Below, piece by piece: positions 1-14,244 of a stretch of 64,000 nt of DNA (positions are counted from its first letter, which is position 1; each line of letters starts with the position of its first letter). The notes under the pieces are model-generated. The model had not been told where the DNA came from. It saw nothing but the letters and a program-made list of their open reading frames with translations, and searched no databases. Position numbers and translations under genes: made by a program. This DNA is from Monocercomonoides exilis PA203 (lineage: Eukaryota > Protista > Preaxostyla): NCBI GenBank assembly GCA_001643675.2, contig LSRY02000035.1, positions 1,010,682 through 1,074,681 on the forward strand, read 5' to 3'.

Positions 1-413
1 TTTAAAAGGAAGCTCAATGAGTAATAAGCCTTCGCAATTTGTCTTTTTAAAAATCAAATGTTTATGCACACACAAGTTTTATTTGGTACCTTATGCAACA
101 TCATTTTTCTTAACAACCAAATCCCGAAAGAATAATAATTTAAAAAACAAACATTTTCACATACAAGTAATATCTTCTTTATCAGCTCATTAAACAGACA
201 ATTGAAAATGAAAAAAAAAAAAAACTAAACAAAAAGAAAACAAAAAAAATATCAAAAAGGTTAAAAACGTTCATTTCTTTTTGACTTTTCTCAAACCAAT
301 AACAATCACAATTATTATTCAACTACAGTCGAACACCCATTCTCCCAAATGTGTGATTGCTACGAAATTATTTACTCTGGCAACAGTATGAATTTCTAAA
401 TGGTTGGTCAGAG

Positions 414-1308
414 TTAATCCGATTTCGTCTCTGATGCTGATGGATAAGGAGGTGAAGGATATGCATTATCCATTTGAACATTCAGGGCTTGAAGGCATAT
501 ATAAGGATATGGAGGCAACGAAGGATACACGCTTGGTATTGGTGGCGATGGAAACGAAATCAGCGAACAAATTGGTGGGTAACGATACTGAGTCGGTGCT
601 GTAGCTTGTGCCTCACTTGAAGGAGGTTCAGCAGCAAATTCCACTTCTTTTTTCTCGGGTTCGATGGGAAAAGCATCAACAACAGTTTCAGTTGGAGCTT
701 CTTCAACAACAATGGAAGGTGGTGGAGCTGGTGCAACAGGCTTGTTTTCTGTACCAGTTGAAGCTCCTCCGAAAACAGCAGGTGGAGTTGGCTTTGGCTT
801 TGCTACGGATGGGCAATCATAAAGAATTTCAAGTTTTACTTTTCCAGCCGATTTTCCCGATTTTCTATGAAACTCAAAATTTTCCTTTTGCTTGTTATTC
901 AGATATTGCAAAATCTAAACATTCACAAAACCACACCGCAGCAATAAAAAAAGGGAATGCCTTAAAACTATTTATAAAAAGCAAACATCCAATTTCAATG
1001 AACCAATAAGTTGATCAGAAGTAACAACATTTGAGTCCCAAAGCTCAAGTATCAAATCTTTTTTCTCGTTTTTCGGATCAAAATCCAATGTAAACTCTTG
1101 TTAAAACGATTTATAACAATTGAATATTAAAATAGAGTCTCAAACTTTCTTTGAATTTTGGATGAAGGCAATTCTTTATCACTTTTGTCTGTCTTCTATA
1201 TTTTCCGATCTTAATAACGACATATGGATCAGACAATCCATTAACATCAACTGCTGGAACGTCCTTGCAAGAAATAATTTCCAATCTAATTGTTCCTGGA
1301 TAATACAT
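414..1308 (-). CDS. C2-domain protein with Pro/Tyr-rich C-terminal tail (multi-exon)
   Basis: ORF 1111-1308 reads GTIRLEIISCKDVPAVDVNGLSDPYVVIKIG...TKVIKNCLHPKF, a C2 motif. The next exon (about 1005-1097) reads FTLDFDPKNEKKDLILELWDSNVVTSDQLIG. ORF 414-911 contains GKVKLEILY followed by a Pro-rich tail. The 3' end and exact exon borders are uncertain. Confidence 0.85.
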
Positions 1309-1496
1309 GAATGATAAATTAGATCCATCCTTTAATAAAAAAATTCTGTAAATTTATTCTGAATTGAATAATTTTAATTTATTGCATAAGCACTGCTTTC
1401 TTATGCAGAGAATCAGAAAATTTGAAAAAAATGGTATCCATAATTATATAATTATTACAAAAAAAATAAAATTTTAATTTTCAAAGAAGCAAAAAG
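1309..1496. promoter_or_regulatory. Short AT-rich intergenic region between divergent genes (probable bidirectional promoter)
   Basis: About 190 bp separate the head-to-head start codons at 1308 (-) and 1497 (+). No specific motif was identified. Confidence 0.4.
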
Positions 1497-4400
1497 ATGT
1501 TACGATTATGCTTTTTGCTTTTCCAAACGCTCATGCTTTCAGGGTGCTTTGTGATAATTATGGTTTTATTGTTTTATAATCCTATTGTCACAATCCCTGA
1601 ACATGAATTTGGGAACAGAACCGGAACATACATTCTCGGAGATTCTCCTCTTGGAATCGTATGGTTCGCACAAGTCACAGATATGCATTTTGGAAAAAAT
1701 GAAGCCATTTTCCCTTCGTTTCAGTTTGATTTAATTTTTTTGTTTGAAAAATGTTGCTTTCAAATAAATTACAAAGATCTTTCATAAATGAAGTTATTCA
1801 CGGATATTTAAAGCCTTATAGATTGCTTATTACCGGAGATATTGCACAAGAAACACAACTGTTTGCAATTTATTTTGGAATAATTGTATTAATAAGACAA
1901 TTTTTTGAACGAATTTTTTCAGAGGACTTCAGTCATCAAGAAATCTTACAAGCTGGAAAGAGTATAATGAATCTATATTTTCACTAGGCAAAGATCGTTG
2001 CAAGTTTGTTCTTGATATCAGAGGAAATCATGACGGTATTTTCTTCTTTTTTTATGAATTCAAAAAAATTAATTTTTTTTGAAATAAACGTATGATTTTA
2101 TAAAAATTCTTCAAAAAAAAGCTGCTGGAACAACACCTCATTACACAGATCGAGATGTTTATATGAAGTATTCCTCTTGCGGATATTTGAAGAGTTTTCT
2201 ATTTTGGAACACACTGTCTTATGAGACGGATGATGTGAATAACACCGCAAATGGAAATGGGAAAGAGCATATAGGATTTGTGATGATGGATACTCCGATT
2301 GATCCAAGTCTGACTCTGACGTTCAACTACTTTGGTGACATCTCCAACCAGCGTATGCTCTCAACAAATGAAACTCGACTGTCTGCTTTGAAAACGAGTC
2401 TGGTGGAATACCAAGGGAAAGGAAACAACGAAAATAGAGCAAATGTTGTATTTTTAGCGACGCACCATCACCAAGCAACAATGACAATCCGGATGAAGAA
2501 AATGATGGAGAGACTGATGGTAAAGGGATACTGGGATGATGGACAGTTGCAGCCAGATAAAGAGAATATTGGTAAAATAGAATATTTTATTTTTTTCGAT
2601 AAATTTGTTTAATATCGATCATATATTTGCTTCAATCTATTTATACACTTTTCACTTATTGATATCGAAACGCTTAGAAACAAAGACAACTCATCCGCCT
2701 GTGCCAAACATTTGGGGAGTTGTGAGTGGCCATGCACATCGCGTGGAGATGGAGCGCTTTGCTGCAGAGAGAAGCGGTTTAGAGGCTGAACTGGATGCAT
2801 TTGTGACAACACGCGCCTGGCGGATGTTTGCAGTCGACCATGGAATTGTTGGGTTTGTGGACGACTGGTATGTTTGGAGCGAGGAGCTGAAAGCGAGGCT
2901 GGGGATGCATGGGCATGGGAGAATAGAGGTTGATGTGGAAGAAGAAGAAGAGGAAAACGACGATGATGACAGAAAGAAAAGAAGATATGGACATGAAATC
3001 AAAGAAAGTTCGCTCACACATCAACATCATCCACTTCAACTCAAAAAAAGGACAATAGAAATTCAGAAATCATTTTTTGGAGAAGTGAAAGATGCCATTC
3101 GAATGCGGCGAAATGAGAAACGGAACGATTTTTTTGGAAGAGAAGTTGCATTGAGAATGAAAGCGAAGTCAGCAAAAGGAGCATCATCCAATCATTCAAA
3201 TGATGTCTCTACATATCCTCAGACTTCTGTCTCAAGCGCACAATCGGCAGCTTTCTCAGGTGCGCCGTCACTTTGCACAGGCCTCATTACCAATCCTCCC
3301 TCAGCCCGTCAGACAACTCAGAGGACGCCAATGTCGCTTGTGCGCAACTCCACCCACATAAGAGCACTGGTTCTGTGCCAAGCGCCTATCCACCGCGTTT
3401 GGATTGAAGCGACACGAGCAACTGGAAGAGAATTGATAAAGCCAGAGTCTGTTGCCACACGTTCGTTTGTGGTGGATGGAGATACACCACCGCCTGAGCG
3501 AGGAGAAGGAACAGAGATTATTAATCTTACACTGACCAACCAGCCGAATCCAGAGAATGTGCCATTGTACGTTGCACGATGGGATCCAAAAAGATTCAGT
3601 GATGCAGAATTCTACAGATTCCAGCTGCATGCAATTGTGAACGAAGCATCATCTTTTTCTGCAAAAACAAGCACTCAAAATGCAAAAAATGAATTAACTG
3701 CAAAAGAGGATGTTGTCAAGCGTCATTTCATTTTTGCGCCTCATCCGTTTTCTCTCCAAAACAAAGGGCTGCCGCTGATGCCTTCGTTTGGGCGGTTTAT
3801 CATCCGAACGCCTTTTATCGAGTGGTTCCTTTTTCTCGAGTTATTCTTTTCGATCGTTCTTTTCGTGGTGCTTTTGTGCGGCTGCTGTGTCAAACCTGCA
3901 GCAAAAGTATTGCTGAACAGAGAAAAGAAGAGCATTCAACTGAAGATGGATGAAAGAATGCAATTATGGGAAATGTATAAGAATACAATGAAAATACATC
4001 CATCTCCTTCAGATTTATCAGAAGCGGAAGAAAAAGACTCAACTTGCATTACAGATGGGTCGAATGTTTTAAGAGAAGCTGGCAACGAGAGTGAAACATC
4101 CCAAAAGGATTATGCGAATGCAAATTGTGTGTCATTAGAAATGAAAGTGAAAGAAGAAAATGGCCCAAATCAATTGTCTGTCAACATATGTGATGAATGC
4201 TTTTCATCCAACTCAGAAAGCCAAGCGAATGAATCAGAGATCGAAGCAGATTATAACTTTCTGAAAAACGAAGATGAAAAGTGGCTGAACTGCGATTGGA
4301 AAGATGTTATTGTGAGTGTTGTGTGGAGCGACCAAGTTGCAGCTGACGAATGGCAACAAAAAAGAGAGCAAAGAGAGCAAAGAGTGCAGATGGCTATTGA

Positions 4401-5532
4401 AGCTCTGAAGAAAAGTAGGGAAAGAAATGGAAAGATTGAAGAAAGAAAAGGAGAAGAAATTCATGGCATGCTCGGCGAATGCGCTGAAGATTCGGTTCAT
4501 TCATCATTTTCATCGCCAAAGCCGGACTCTACTTGCACTAAATCTTCCCATTCAATCAAGCCACACACAACATTGTCTTATTTCATTTCTGACGCATCGT
4601 ATCTACTTAGCTTTAAAAATTCACTTCATTTTCAGCAGATTCAGATTGAGTCTGAGAAACTCAGAAGGCAGAGGCAAAAAGAAAAAATCTGCAAACAGAA
4701 GAAACACTCAGAAAAGCAAAGACCTGCCTTTCCTGGTGATTCATCCTCGTCTGCTTCTCCTTCTCCTTCTCTTTGTGAAGCAACACATTCAGGTTCTCTT
4801 CCTCCTCTTCCTTTATTGTCTCTTTGCAGCCCATCGTATTTATCTCGTCTTCTCCAGCTGGTCATCCTGAACTTCTACCCCTTCTTCCGCGAAGGCATGT
4901 GTGCGTGGGTGTTTTCGATGTTTATGCTGCTATTCATTTCAATTGGACCGCTTTTCATCGGCCGCCCGCCAGAAGCAGGGTGGATGGCAGTGTTCAGCTG
5001 GGGTGCTGCGCAGAATGGAGTGGTTGTGGTGCAGGAAGACATCTACTTGATGCTGGCAGTGGCCATTCTTCTCTTCATTGGCTATCCTCTCGTGCTGATC
5101 ATTGCTTATTCTAATTTTGAGCCTCGCTGCAACTGCAAGCGAAGAGATGCACCAAAACATTTGATGGAGCCAATGAACAATGAAAAAGTAACCTCTGGCA
5201 ATATTTATGACAAGCAAACACATTCAATCCAACCCACAAAGGATCTTCTTCATTCTGTTGAGCAATCAGACCACTACGTTTTTCCACCAGTGCCTTCTAC
5301 GCGATCAGCCATAAATATATTCTGGATGGGACTGCTGTTTGTGATGCTCGATGTTATTTGTCTTGCGTTTTTGATTCTGATGGGATTGACACATCCTTCG
5401 TTTTTGCTCTCTCCTGTTGCTATTTGGTTTTCGCTAATTGCACTTTCATTGCAAATTGTGCTTGCAGTTCAGAAGAAAAGAAGGTCCAAATATAAAAAAA
5501 CGAACTCCAAAGTCATTAGTCATGGTGAATAA
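1497..5532 (+). CDS. TMEM62-like calcineurin-like metallophosphoesterase membrane protein (multi-exon)
   Basis: N-terminal TM segment, then metallophosphoesterase motifs spread over exons: QVTDMHF, LITGDIA, LDIRGNHD (about 2011-2034), ATHHH, SGHAH. These are followed by RMFAVDHG, PLYVARWDP and several C-terminal TM helices. Confidence 0.8.
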
Positions 5533-5803
5533 CAATATATCAATTATGTAAAATATCAAATTTGAAATAATGTAATTTTATAAATTTGCACAGTTGGATT
5601 TTTTTTTATTTCTTTTTATTTCTTAATGGTACCTTTTATATGTATTTTTCTTTTTTCAATCATTAAAAAAAAGAAGTTCAAGATTGAACACAGAATTTTT
5701 ATTCACACCCATAAAAACATTGAGTTTTCATAAAAAAATAATAATTAATAGTTAAACAGCTTTTGAAAAACTATTCAGCTGTTTCAGGTACCCAAAAAGT
5801 TCC

Positions 5804-8338
5804 ATGAAAAGCAATGTCGATGATCCAATTCTTGAAACTTTGCTTTCAGAAAAGCTTCGGACACTTACAAAAATTTCGAAAAACGAACAGTATGCTCAAA
5901 AGTTTGATATATGGATGATTTTGAATGATTTTTGTTATAGGCCAAAACATAATTATTATGAAGTTCAATCTCAATTTTGGAATAGAAAGGTGAAAAGTGA
6001 GATGTTTTATGAATCAATTGTTGGAACGACTTCTACTGAAGGAAAATATTTTGGAGGAGCTACACAGTTTCCTTGCGAACCTGCACTTTCTTACTCTGAG
6101 TTGATGCAAAAGAAACGTTTAGAAAGAAACATTCTTCCAGAGACACAATTATTAACCGAAATACACTCATCTCCATATTTAAAAACACCTCAGTTTAAAA
6201 TTCAATCTGTTAATGATGAAAGCAATACTGTTATAGAACGTGGTGAAGACTATGTGGCAAAAAGGCGCGCTCGTGAAAATTGGCTATCAAAGTCAAAAGA
6301 AGAGAAGCAAATGATCATTGATTGCTTTCTTGAAAAAGAACGAAAGATACACGAAGCCATTAAATTCGAAGAAGAAAAGAAGAGACAATCCGAAGAAGAG
6401 GATAAAAGAAAAGCTGAAGAAGAAAAAGCAAAGGAAGAGCAAGCAATTCTTTTAATAGAAAAAGCTAAAGAGGAAAAAAAGAAGCAAGAAATGGCTCGAA
6501 TTCAAGCTGCCATTGCAAAAGCAAATGAAGAGAAAAAGCGAAAAATGAAGAAGAAAGCTGAAGAAAGGAAACGTCTTATTGAAAATCCACCAGAAAAGAG
6601 ATTGCTAGAGTGGGGAAAAGAAAGAGACAGGTATTTGGATACAATCAGAAGAGTCGAATTAGAAAAAGAGATGCTTGACGTAACTTTTCATCCGAAAATA
6701 ACGACTCTGAAAGAGAATGTCATAAAAGGGGATTGGAGGAAACATGTTCGGAATCATAAAAGAAAGAATTCAAGTTCGATGACTGACAGTCTTATTAATA
6801 ACGAACAGAGCGAATTCTTCGAACAAAAAGAAGAATACCGATACATGTCAACATGCAATAAAATAGAGACGCACGAAGAGAAAAAAATCAGTCGTTGGCT
6901 TGAGTTTCAGAGAAAAGAAGAACAAAGATGGCTGAAGAAAAAGCAAGAGATCGAAGAACTGAAAGCAGAAAAAACTATTTTATATAGCCCCATGAATAGA
7001 CGCCTGTCAAAAGGCTCAAATTTTGTTGGAGGCGATGAAGCTTTAAGAACAAGTCATACAAGAGATGCCGATAAAAGGATGACTGAAAATGAGACATACT
7101 ACGATAAATCTTTTGCGGATACCAATCTTGATGCATCATCAACAACAGAGGAAAATATTCAAATTCATTCTTCTTCTTCTTTTTCTCCATCTGTTTTTGA
7201 GCGACCATCGAACTACTCCTGTTCTTCATCTCTTATCCAATCAGCTGCTTGTCAACATTCTTATTCTCCAGTTGCGCACTCTTGCGTTTCAGAAAATGCC
7301 TCCAGCTGTTTTTTATCACCACAACTTCAATCACCTTTTCGTGAGCATATAAATTACTCTTCATTACAGAAGCAGCCGCAATTCATCAATAGAGTTCCAC
7401 ATGACGCAATTCCTTCTCGGCTACAAGCTGCTTTTCCAACTTTTGTTTTCCAAGGTTGTGAACCCTCGTCATTTACCATTAATTTATCAAATTATAAATA
7501 TGATTTGCTACAGAAGGATAATTACAACAAAAAAGATGAATGCAACGGAGGACAAATCTTTCACCACAATTTTGCAGAGAAAATGATGGACGATGATTTG
7601 AAGACAAAAAGCGATATGGATTTAAGTCGTGAATATTCTAAAGAAGAAACGGAAGCCTCCAAAAGCTTGGATTTGGAAAAGAAGAAATTTGATTTCAGAA
7701 TGAAAGCAGATGAAACATTGAATGAAAACGAGAAATATGAAAAAGAATTTGTGAAAGTGATTGAAAATAAAAAAACAGAAGATATTAAAGATCTCGGAAA
7801 AGGAACGACGCTTGATTTGGAAAATACTGCAAAATGCATGATTACATCAACGAATATAACTATAAACCAGAACAATTTTCAAAGCAAAAGAAGTTTAAAT
7901 GCGACAAGTGAACCATGCGAACAGGGACAAAATCAAATGGACGAAAAACAGCTTCTGTTTGATGAGAATAAAGTTGGAGTTGATATATCAAAACTTGAGG
8001 GAAACTTGCAAGATCAAAACACGGAAAGAAGTTCAGGAGCCAAAAGCCAAGTCAATAGCAAAGAAAAAGCAGAAAAAGAAAAATGCAAAAACGAATTTAA
8101 CGAAAGAACTGAACATTTAGATGAAACAAAAACGAGTTGCACTGATGAAGACGTTGCAAATAGAAAATCTGAATCAATCGATTATCAAATTACAAATACA
8201 GATTCAAATCTTGATGAGACATTGATAAATAAGCCAAGTGCAATCAATACAGTAAACACAAAGAATGAAAAGATCGTGAATATTCAATTAGAGAATTCAG
8301 GTGACAGATTGCTCAAAGAAAAGATAGCAGATAAATAA
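5804..8338 (+). CDS. Uncharacterised 844-aa Lys/Glu-rich coiled-coil protein
   Basis: Long uninterrupted ORF with a charged helical region, a TFHPKI motif and a low-complexity C-terminus. Confidence 0.75.
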   Translation: MKSNVDDPILETLLSEKLRTLTKISKNEQYAQKFDIWMILNDFCYRPKHNYYEVQSQFWNRKVKSEMFYESIVGTTSTEGKYFGGATQFPCEPALSYSELMQKKRLERNILPETQLLTEIHSSPYLKTPQFKIQSVNDESNTVIERGEDYVAKRRARENWLSKSKEEKQMIIDCFLEKERKIHEAIKFEEEKKRQSEEEDKRKAEEEKAKEEQAILLIEKAKEEKKKQEMARIQAAIAKANEEKKRKMKKKAEERKRLIENPPEKRLLEWGKERDRYLDTIRRVELEKEMLDVTFHPKITTLKENVIKGDWRKHVRNHKRKNSSSMTDSLINNEQSEFFEQKEEYRYMSTCNKIETHEEKKISRWLEFQRKEEQRWLKKKQEIEELKAEKTILYSPMNRRLSKGSNFVGGDEALRTSHTRDADKRMTENETYYDKSFADTNLDASSTTEENIQIHSSSSFSPSVFERPSNYSCSSSLIQSAACQHSYSPVAHSCVSENASSCFLSPQLQSPFREHINYSSLQKQPQFINRVPHDAIPSRLQAAFPTFVFQGCEPSSFTINLSNYKYDLLQKDNYNKKDECNGGQIFHHNFAEKMMDDDLKTKSDMDLSREYSKEETEASKSLDLEKKKFDFRMKADETLNENEKYEKEFVKVIENKKTEDIKDLGKGTTLDLENTAKCMITSTNITINQNNFQSKRSLNATSEPCEQGQNQMDEKQLLFDENKVGVDISKLEGNLQDQNTERSSGAKSQVNSKEKAEKEKCKNEFNERTEHLDETKTSCTDEDVANRKSESIDYQITNTDSNLDETLINKPSAINTVNTKNEKIVNIQLENSGDRLLKEKIADK

Positions 8339-8579
8339 ATTTTTAAATGAGACTTGTACAAAGCCAGAAATGAAAGAATAGAAAAGGCAAAGGTTACAAA
8401 TTGAAAAAAAAAATCAATTTTTTTTTGTCGTTATTTCTTCACTTCATTTTGATGAATCTGGATAATAAATCACTTTTAGCAAACTTATAAAAATAAAATT
8501 TTGTTCCGCTTTGTGAAATGAATGATAATAATAAAAAAACAAAAATTGCGAGTTATGAAATTCTTCGAATTTCATTTTC

Positions 8580-9936
8580 TCAAACATTCACAAGATAATC
8601 TGAAAATTTCGACGATGTGTCAAAATAATGTTTTCTGTAGAGATAATAAAACATTTTATGAAAGCTGGTGATGGTATCTTCGTGTCCTTCTTCTTCCAGC
8701 TTTTTAAAAACCTTCCTTTTCGTTGCCTTTCTTTTCATTTCTTCCTTTTTTTCTTTCTCCTTTTCTTCTAATCGATATGAAACATTCGCAAAGAATTGCA
8801 AGCAATCAAATAACATTTTATCATCCACTGTTTGTTGCTGAATCACCTCCAAAATAGCATCAATTGCTCGCCTTTCAACAACTCATCAATTCTCACGCAT
8901 TCGTTTCCTGACATTTGAATAAATATGAAAATGCACCACTCGCTTATTTCTCTGAATTTCTCCTTCGCTGCTCGATATATCTGAACAATGCTGCTTAAAA
9001 TCCCAATAAATTCTTCATTCCACAATTCGCATGAGTGAAAATAGGACTTTATTGTTTTGAGCCACCTCATTAACCTAAACACTTTTTCCTTTTCTTTTTC
9101 TCCTTCCTCTTCTTTCCCTCTCTTCCATTCAATACATTTCATTAACTCTTCCAATTCCCTTCTTGCCTCTCTCAAAAAATACAGCTCATTCACAATCTCT
9201 CCCTCCAAACTTCTATAAATCCGAAGTCGGTAAACCAAAAACTGCCAAGCAGACTGATAGGCAAGTTTTGTTAGATTTTTGTGTTTCTGTTGATGTTTGA
9301 TGATTTCTGTAATCTCCTTCAAATACAGTTCTCGTTCGATAAACTAATAAGAAATAAAGGGGAAAAAAAGTAAATTAAATAAAATTGAAAAAGAAATGTT
9401 CAAACAAATAATTCGTCAATGTAGCTCAAAGCCATCAAAGCCATTTCTGCTTCTTTTTGAACTTCCTCGCTTTCCTCTTTCTTCGAGGCAGCTTTCAAAA
9501 GGCAAGGCACACAAATCGATAACAATTTTAATGAAGTTTCACCTCTGAGCAAAAGATAGCACAAACAAAGATCAGTCAACAGATTTTCATTTTTTCCATC
9601 TTTTTTCTCATTTTCATCAATCATCATCTTCCTTATCTTTTCCTTCAAAGAAGATTTTTCAAAGTCAGAAACCCAAATTTCTTTCAATGTCTCGTAATAT
9701 CCAATGTACTTCAGCAAAAAAATTGCATTTTCCATTGACATTTTCTTTTTTTCAATCATTTTATTTATCTTTTCGAGCATTTCAACATCTAAAATAAAAG
9801 AAAATTCAATTACATTCATTTCATCAACTATTTCATTCATTTCTTCTATTTTCTTTCTCTGCTCATCTTCATTGCATTCTTTCAATTCAGAAAACAATTC
9901 TTCAAAAAATTTATTTTGATGGAAAGCGCTGGACAC
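8580..9936 (-). CDS. Lineage-specific helical multigene family member (copy 1; one intron, one frameshift near 8860)
   Basis: Motifs LFSELKECNEDEQRKKIEEM, ICVPCLLKAA, LAYQSAWQFL and KLEEEGHED...YLVNV are shared with the copies at 14.2 and 19.3 kb. Intron at about 9350-9410. Confidence 0.7.
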
Positions 9937-12900
9937 TCAAAAAATAGAAAAATAAACAAACTTGAAAATTTATCCTTTAGAGAGGGCTCCTGGATATCAT
10001 CATTGGATTTGTGTTCATCACACATTTCCATTCTGTCTATTATTAGCAAAGATCAATTTGCAGCAAATTTTCAAATGAAAAAACAGAAAAACAAACAGAA
10101 AAACAAACAGAAAAACAAACATTGTTGATAATTGACAAAATAAAAATATAATTGTCAAAATCAATTCTTTTGCTTCGTAAAAATCTGTGGTAAAAAAAAG
10201 AAATCACAAAGAAGCTGCAATGTTGGTCGTATTTAGCCAAATACGAAAGAGTTTAATTTCTTTCTGATCGAACCAACAATAATATATTTTTAGGATCTGG
10301 ATTGAATTTCGATGAAATTTTTGAACATATTGAAAAATATCCCACATGTCTGGAATTGAGTATTAAAAAAAAATATCTATTTTAACATTCTGAGTGGAAC
10401 AAAGAAGGGGAAATTTTGTGCTTTTTTGAACTTTACAAAGAAGAAACAAAAAAGCAACAATTTGCACATTAAACTGAACATTTTAACGTTGTTGCAAATT
10501 AAAATTCAAACATAAATATTACACTTATTTTCCTCACATTTAGAGTTATCTGGAAGCTTTCCTTGTCAGAAATGATTTTTTCTGTTTTTTCAAGATATTT
10601 GCTGGTTTCCTTGGATGTTTCGATTTAACGTGTTTGATGAAATCATAAGCGATCGGGATACTTTTATAATTCGTTCCTCTCTTGAGCGGGTTATCAGGTT
10701 GAAGGCAAATTGATAAAGGAAATCATTATTTTGTTGTTCCACATTTTTTGATTTTCGGGTGCATGATAATTGAATGCATAAGAGAATTTATCAAGGCAAC
10801 AATGGACAACATCGTAGATTGAGCATTGAAAGAGATTTTATTCCAAAAGGCTTTGGGATTGAGCGAAGATGAAAGGCTTCGACATGGCAAAAGAAGATTT
10901 ATTCAATATGCGGAACCAAGCGCATGCAAGATTGAGAATTCATTTCAATATGCAAATCGATCAATGGTGTTGTCACTTGAAGTGCATTATCTGTATAGAC
11001 GTTTATTAATATTTTTTTTGGAAAATACATCATTTGGATCGTTTTGATGATAATCATTGATAAGCCAATTTCAGCGTGAATTTCTAGACAAAGACTGAAA
11101 CAATTCAAGTGATGCCGAAGCGAACCCGGCAAGATAGAACAGACTACGATTGAGGTGTTTGATTTATTTAAGGTGCATTATCCAACTTGAGCAACATTCA
11201 CACATTTTTAATTTTTATAAGAAAGAAGGAAATCATAAAAAAATTTATAAATTACTCAAACTTTTTCAGCAATGATAATTTCATGTTTTCAATTTTTTTT
11301 TTCTTTTTATGTTGCACATATATTCTTTTGACTTCAGTCTGTAAAAATAAATGGCTTGGAAGAAATGATAAAAGACAGACTGCTTCAATCAGAGAGGCAA
11401 CAATATGAGCTTATTGAAAAAAGAGTATTACCTCATTTATTGATGCATATTTTTATCTTTTAGTTCTTTTTCTTTCTTTTCTTTTAAAATTTATTGGTTT
11501 ATTTTGTGAACTTCTTTTTAAACTTCACTCAAAAAGTGTTTCTTCTTGCGGCTTCTCATCAGTTCCATCCACAAAAATCTTCAGTTGCTTGTGAAGACAC
11601 TCACCCTAATCGGATTTGTTGGCCTGCGTTTTTTTTTGACAGCATCTGCCTTTGAATGTGTCTTTCTTGTTTCTTTCCATCTTAATCGTTGAATCGCTCA
11701 GAAAATTGCTGAACAGCAGCTGGATGGAGAGAAGCGATATAAACAGAATGGAGATGTTGCCGCAGCCAGAGGATTCTGTTGAGAGATATAAAGGAGAAGG
11801 AGAAGAAGAAGGAGATAAAGAAGAGAGGAAGGGAACAGTATGAAGGGCTTATGATGTTGTTCAATTCTCCGTTTGAACAGTTTTCAGCGAATTCGAGTGA
11901 TCTGGCGAAGAAGATGTTGCTTAGGGTGCTGGGTTCCCTTCATCAGTTTTTGTGGTTGCTACTTTCCTCACGAAAAGAACACTGCGTGAGGCTTAATTAG
12001 AAGGAGAAATGGAACCGCCTTTGGACAAATTGCGATGTGAGTCCGAAGCTATTTTTTGGGGAAGATGTCAAAAAGACAAGAGAGAGAAGAAGAAGAAGGG
12101 TGTTAATGTGTATTAATTAGATTGTTGAATGATTTTTTTTGATTTTTTTTTTTATTTACCGAAATTTTATTCAATGAGGAAAAAATCAAATAAAATTATT
12201 TTTATCAAATGCTTTGTTTCATGCAACTCTTTCAATATTATATCATTTCACAAACTTCAATGTTTTATCGCTTTTTTTTTTTTTTTTTTTTTTTGCCATT
12301 TCGTTGTTGATTAATATTTTCAATTTTTACAACAAAGCTGGTTATTGATAATTATGAATGACAAGCAATCTTTTCAATTCATCAGAAAATCAATAAACAC
12401 AAAAAGTCATTCAAAAAATAAGAAATATTTTCAAACAAAAAACATTCGTTTTGGAAATCAAAATCTTTAAAAGAAGATAAGTCCCGCCATTGGATCTGAT
12501 GGATTTGTTCGAGAAAAAAATGGCAAAACAAAATTCTCCCTGAAGAATGCATTGAAGAAGAAAAAGATTTGAAAGAAAAAAAGCAAATTCATAGGAATTG
12601 AATTTCATCACCAAAATCGAGAACGAAGAATTCAACAAGGTGCATTCCATGGTTGTTCTTGAAATAAAAAAAGAGCGAATGAATCAAACATTTCTTTTCC
12701 TGGCGCACAAAAACAAGCAGATGATTGAACTGCATTTTCTTTTCAGCTGTCCATTTTTGAAGGCTGGTGCTCTGAATAGCATGAAAGTGCAAAGCTGTTC
12801 ACTTGTATTGCTGAAGCACTTGATCTGCATCAGGATGTGTGTTGATAGTGGGCATTCGCAAAGGCATGACTGCGACTGTGGAAGGAACAAACAGTGTGCG

Positions 12901-14244
12901 AATGCCTTCATGCTCCAAAGGCTGACGACATTCAGCTGCGAGCAGTGGGAGATGTATGGTCTGTTCGCTACTGCTGATTGGATCGTTATTGGCATGGTGC
13001 AGCCAGCTGAGTGTGTCGTGATCAGCAAGAAACCCAATGGTGAAGCCTTCATCACTCTTTCGAGAAAGTAGTCAATGATAACGGAAATGACACATTCGAA
13101 CTCCCTCTCTCGACTCATGTCTTTCCATTCATCTAATTATCCCAACTGTTCCCACAAAACTCTTTTCTTCCACACACATCGCTATCATCTCAAATTCATT
13201 TCCCTTTTGATTTATCAAATGCATTCGTTTATTTCACGTGTGTGTTCACATCGCACTCAGCCGCCTTCGTCCACAATGCTCAACTTCTGCCACATCCAAA
13301 GTGGCGCGCCTGCCACAATTGTCCATTCCAGCAATGAGACTTTCATGGAAACAGCCAAAACCCCATTCATCAACCAGATTCGGAAGAGCCCACACAGATG
13401 CTGCAATGGTCGCTCCCTGGATAGGCAGACAACATCCATCTTCTGAGTGATGCTTGCTCAATATGTTCTTTTTGTCACATACGGTAACAGAGAAGCGTGA
13501 TTGATATGAAGAAGCTGGCGCTTCCATCACACATCCTCCCTTCATCCATTTTCCAATCGCTTTCTTCATCATGCCATTTGCAATTGGCAATGCAATGAAT
13601 TGCTCCCTCTTATCATCATTCCCCACACCAAAGTGATGATTTTCCATTTAAAAAATATGTTATATTCCTGGGCTTTGGAAAGGTCACAGATGGAAATATC
13701 TTCACAATCAATAGAACAATATAAAACACACACATACAGATGCCTTTAATTAAAAAATAACATGATATATTTTCTATCTCATCAAATTTTCAAAAATTAT
13801 CAGACAGAATTCCAAATTATTGCATCTCCATCATTTCCAGCTGTTATCATATGAAATAATATTTCTTGTTTCATAGAAAATGTTCACTCTCATTCCAGAT
13901 CTTTGGATAATTATTTAATTTCGAAGATAACTATTTGATCATTGGTTCCATACCAACAATCATTAAAATATAAAACGTTGTTAATATATTAATATCCAAT
14001 AAAAAATGCAAATGCACGGAATGATGGTGTGAATGCTCATATATGTTTATGACAATTTTGAGATTTAATTATTCACCAATTTCATCTATCCAAACACATG
14101 CGAATTCAATGCGAATATGAAAATATGTTGTTTTCTGGGAGAAATATTTATCGAAAGCAGGCTATGAATGCAACAAAAAAACTCAGCGGTTTATATTAAA
14201 TATTGCATTTGAATTGTTGAAAATTTGATTCCTTTCAACATTTT

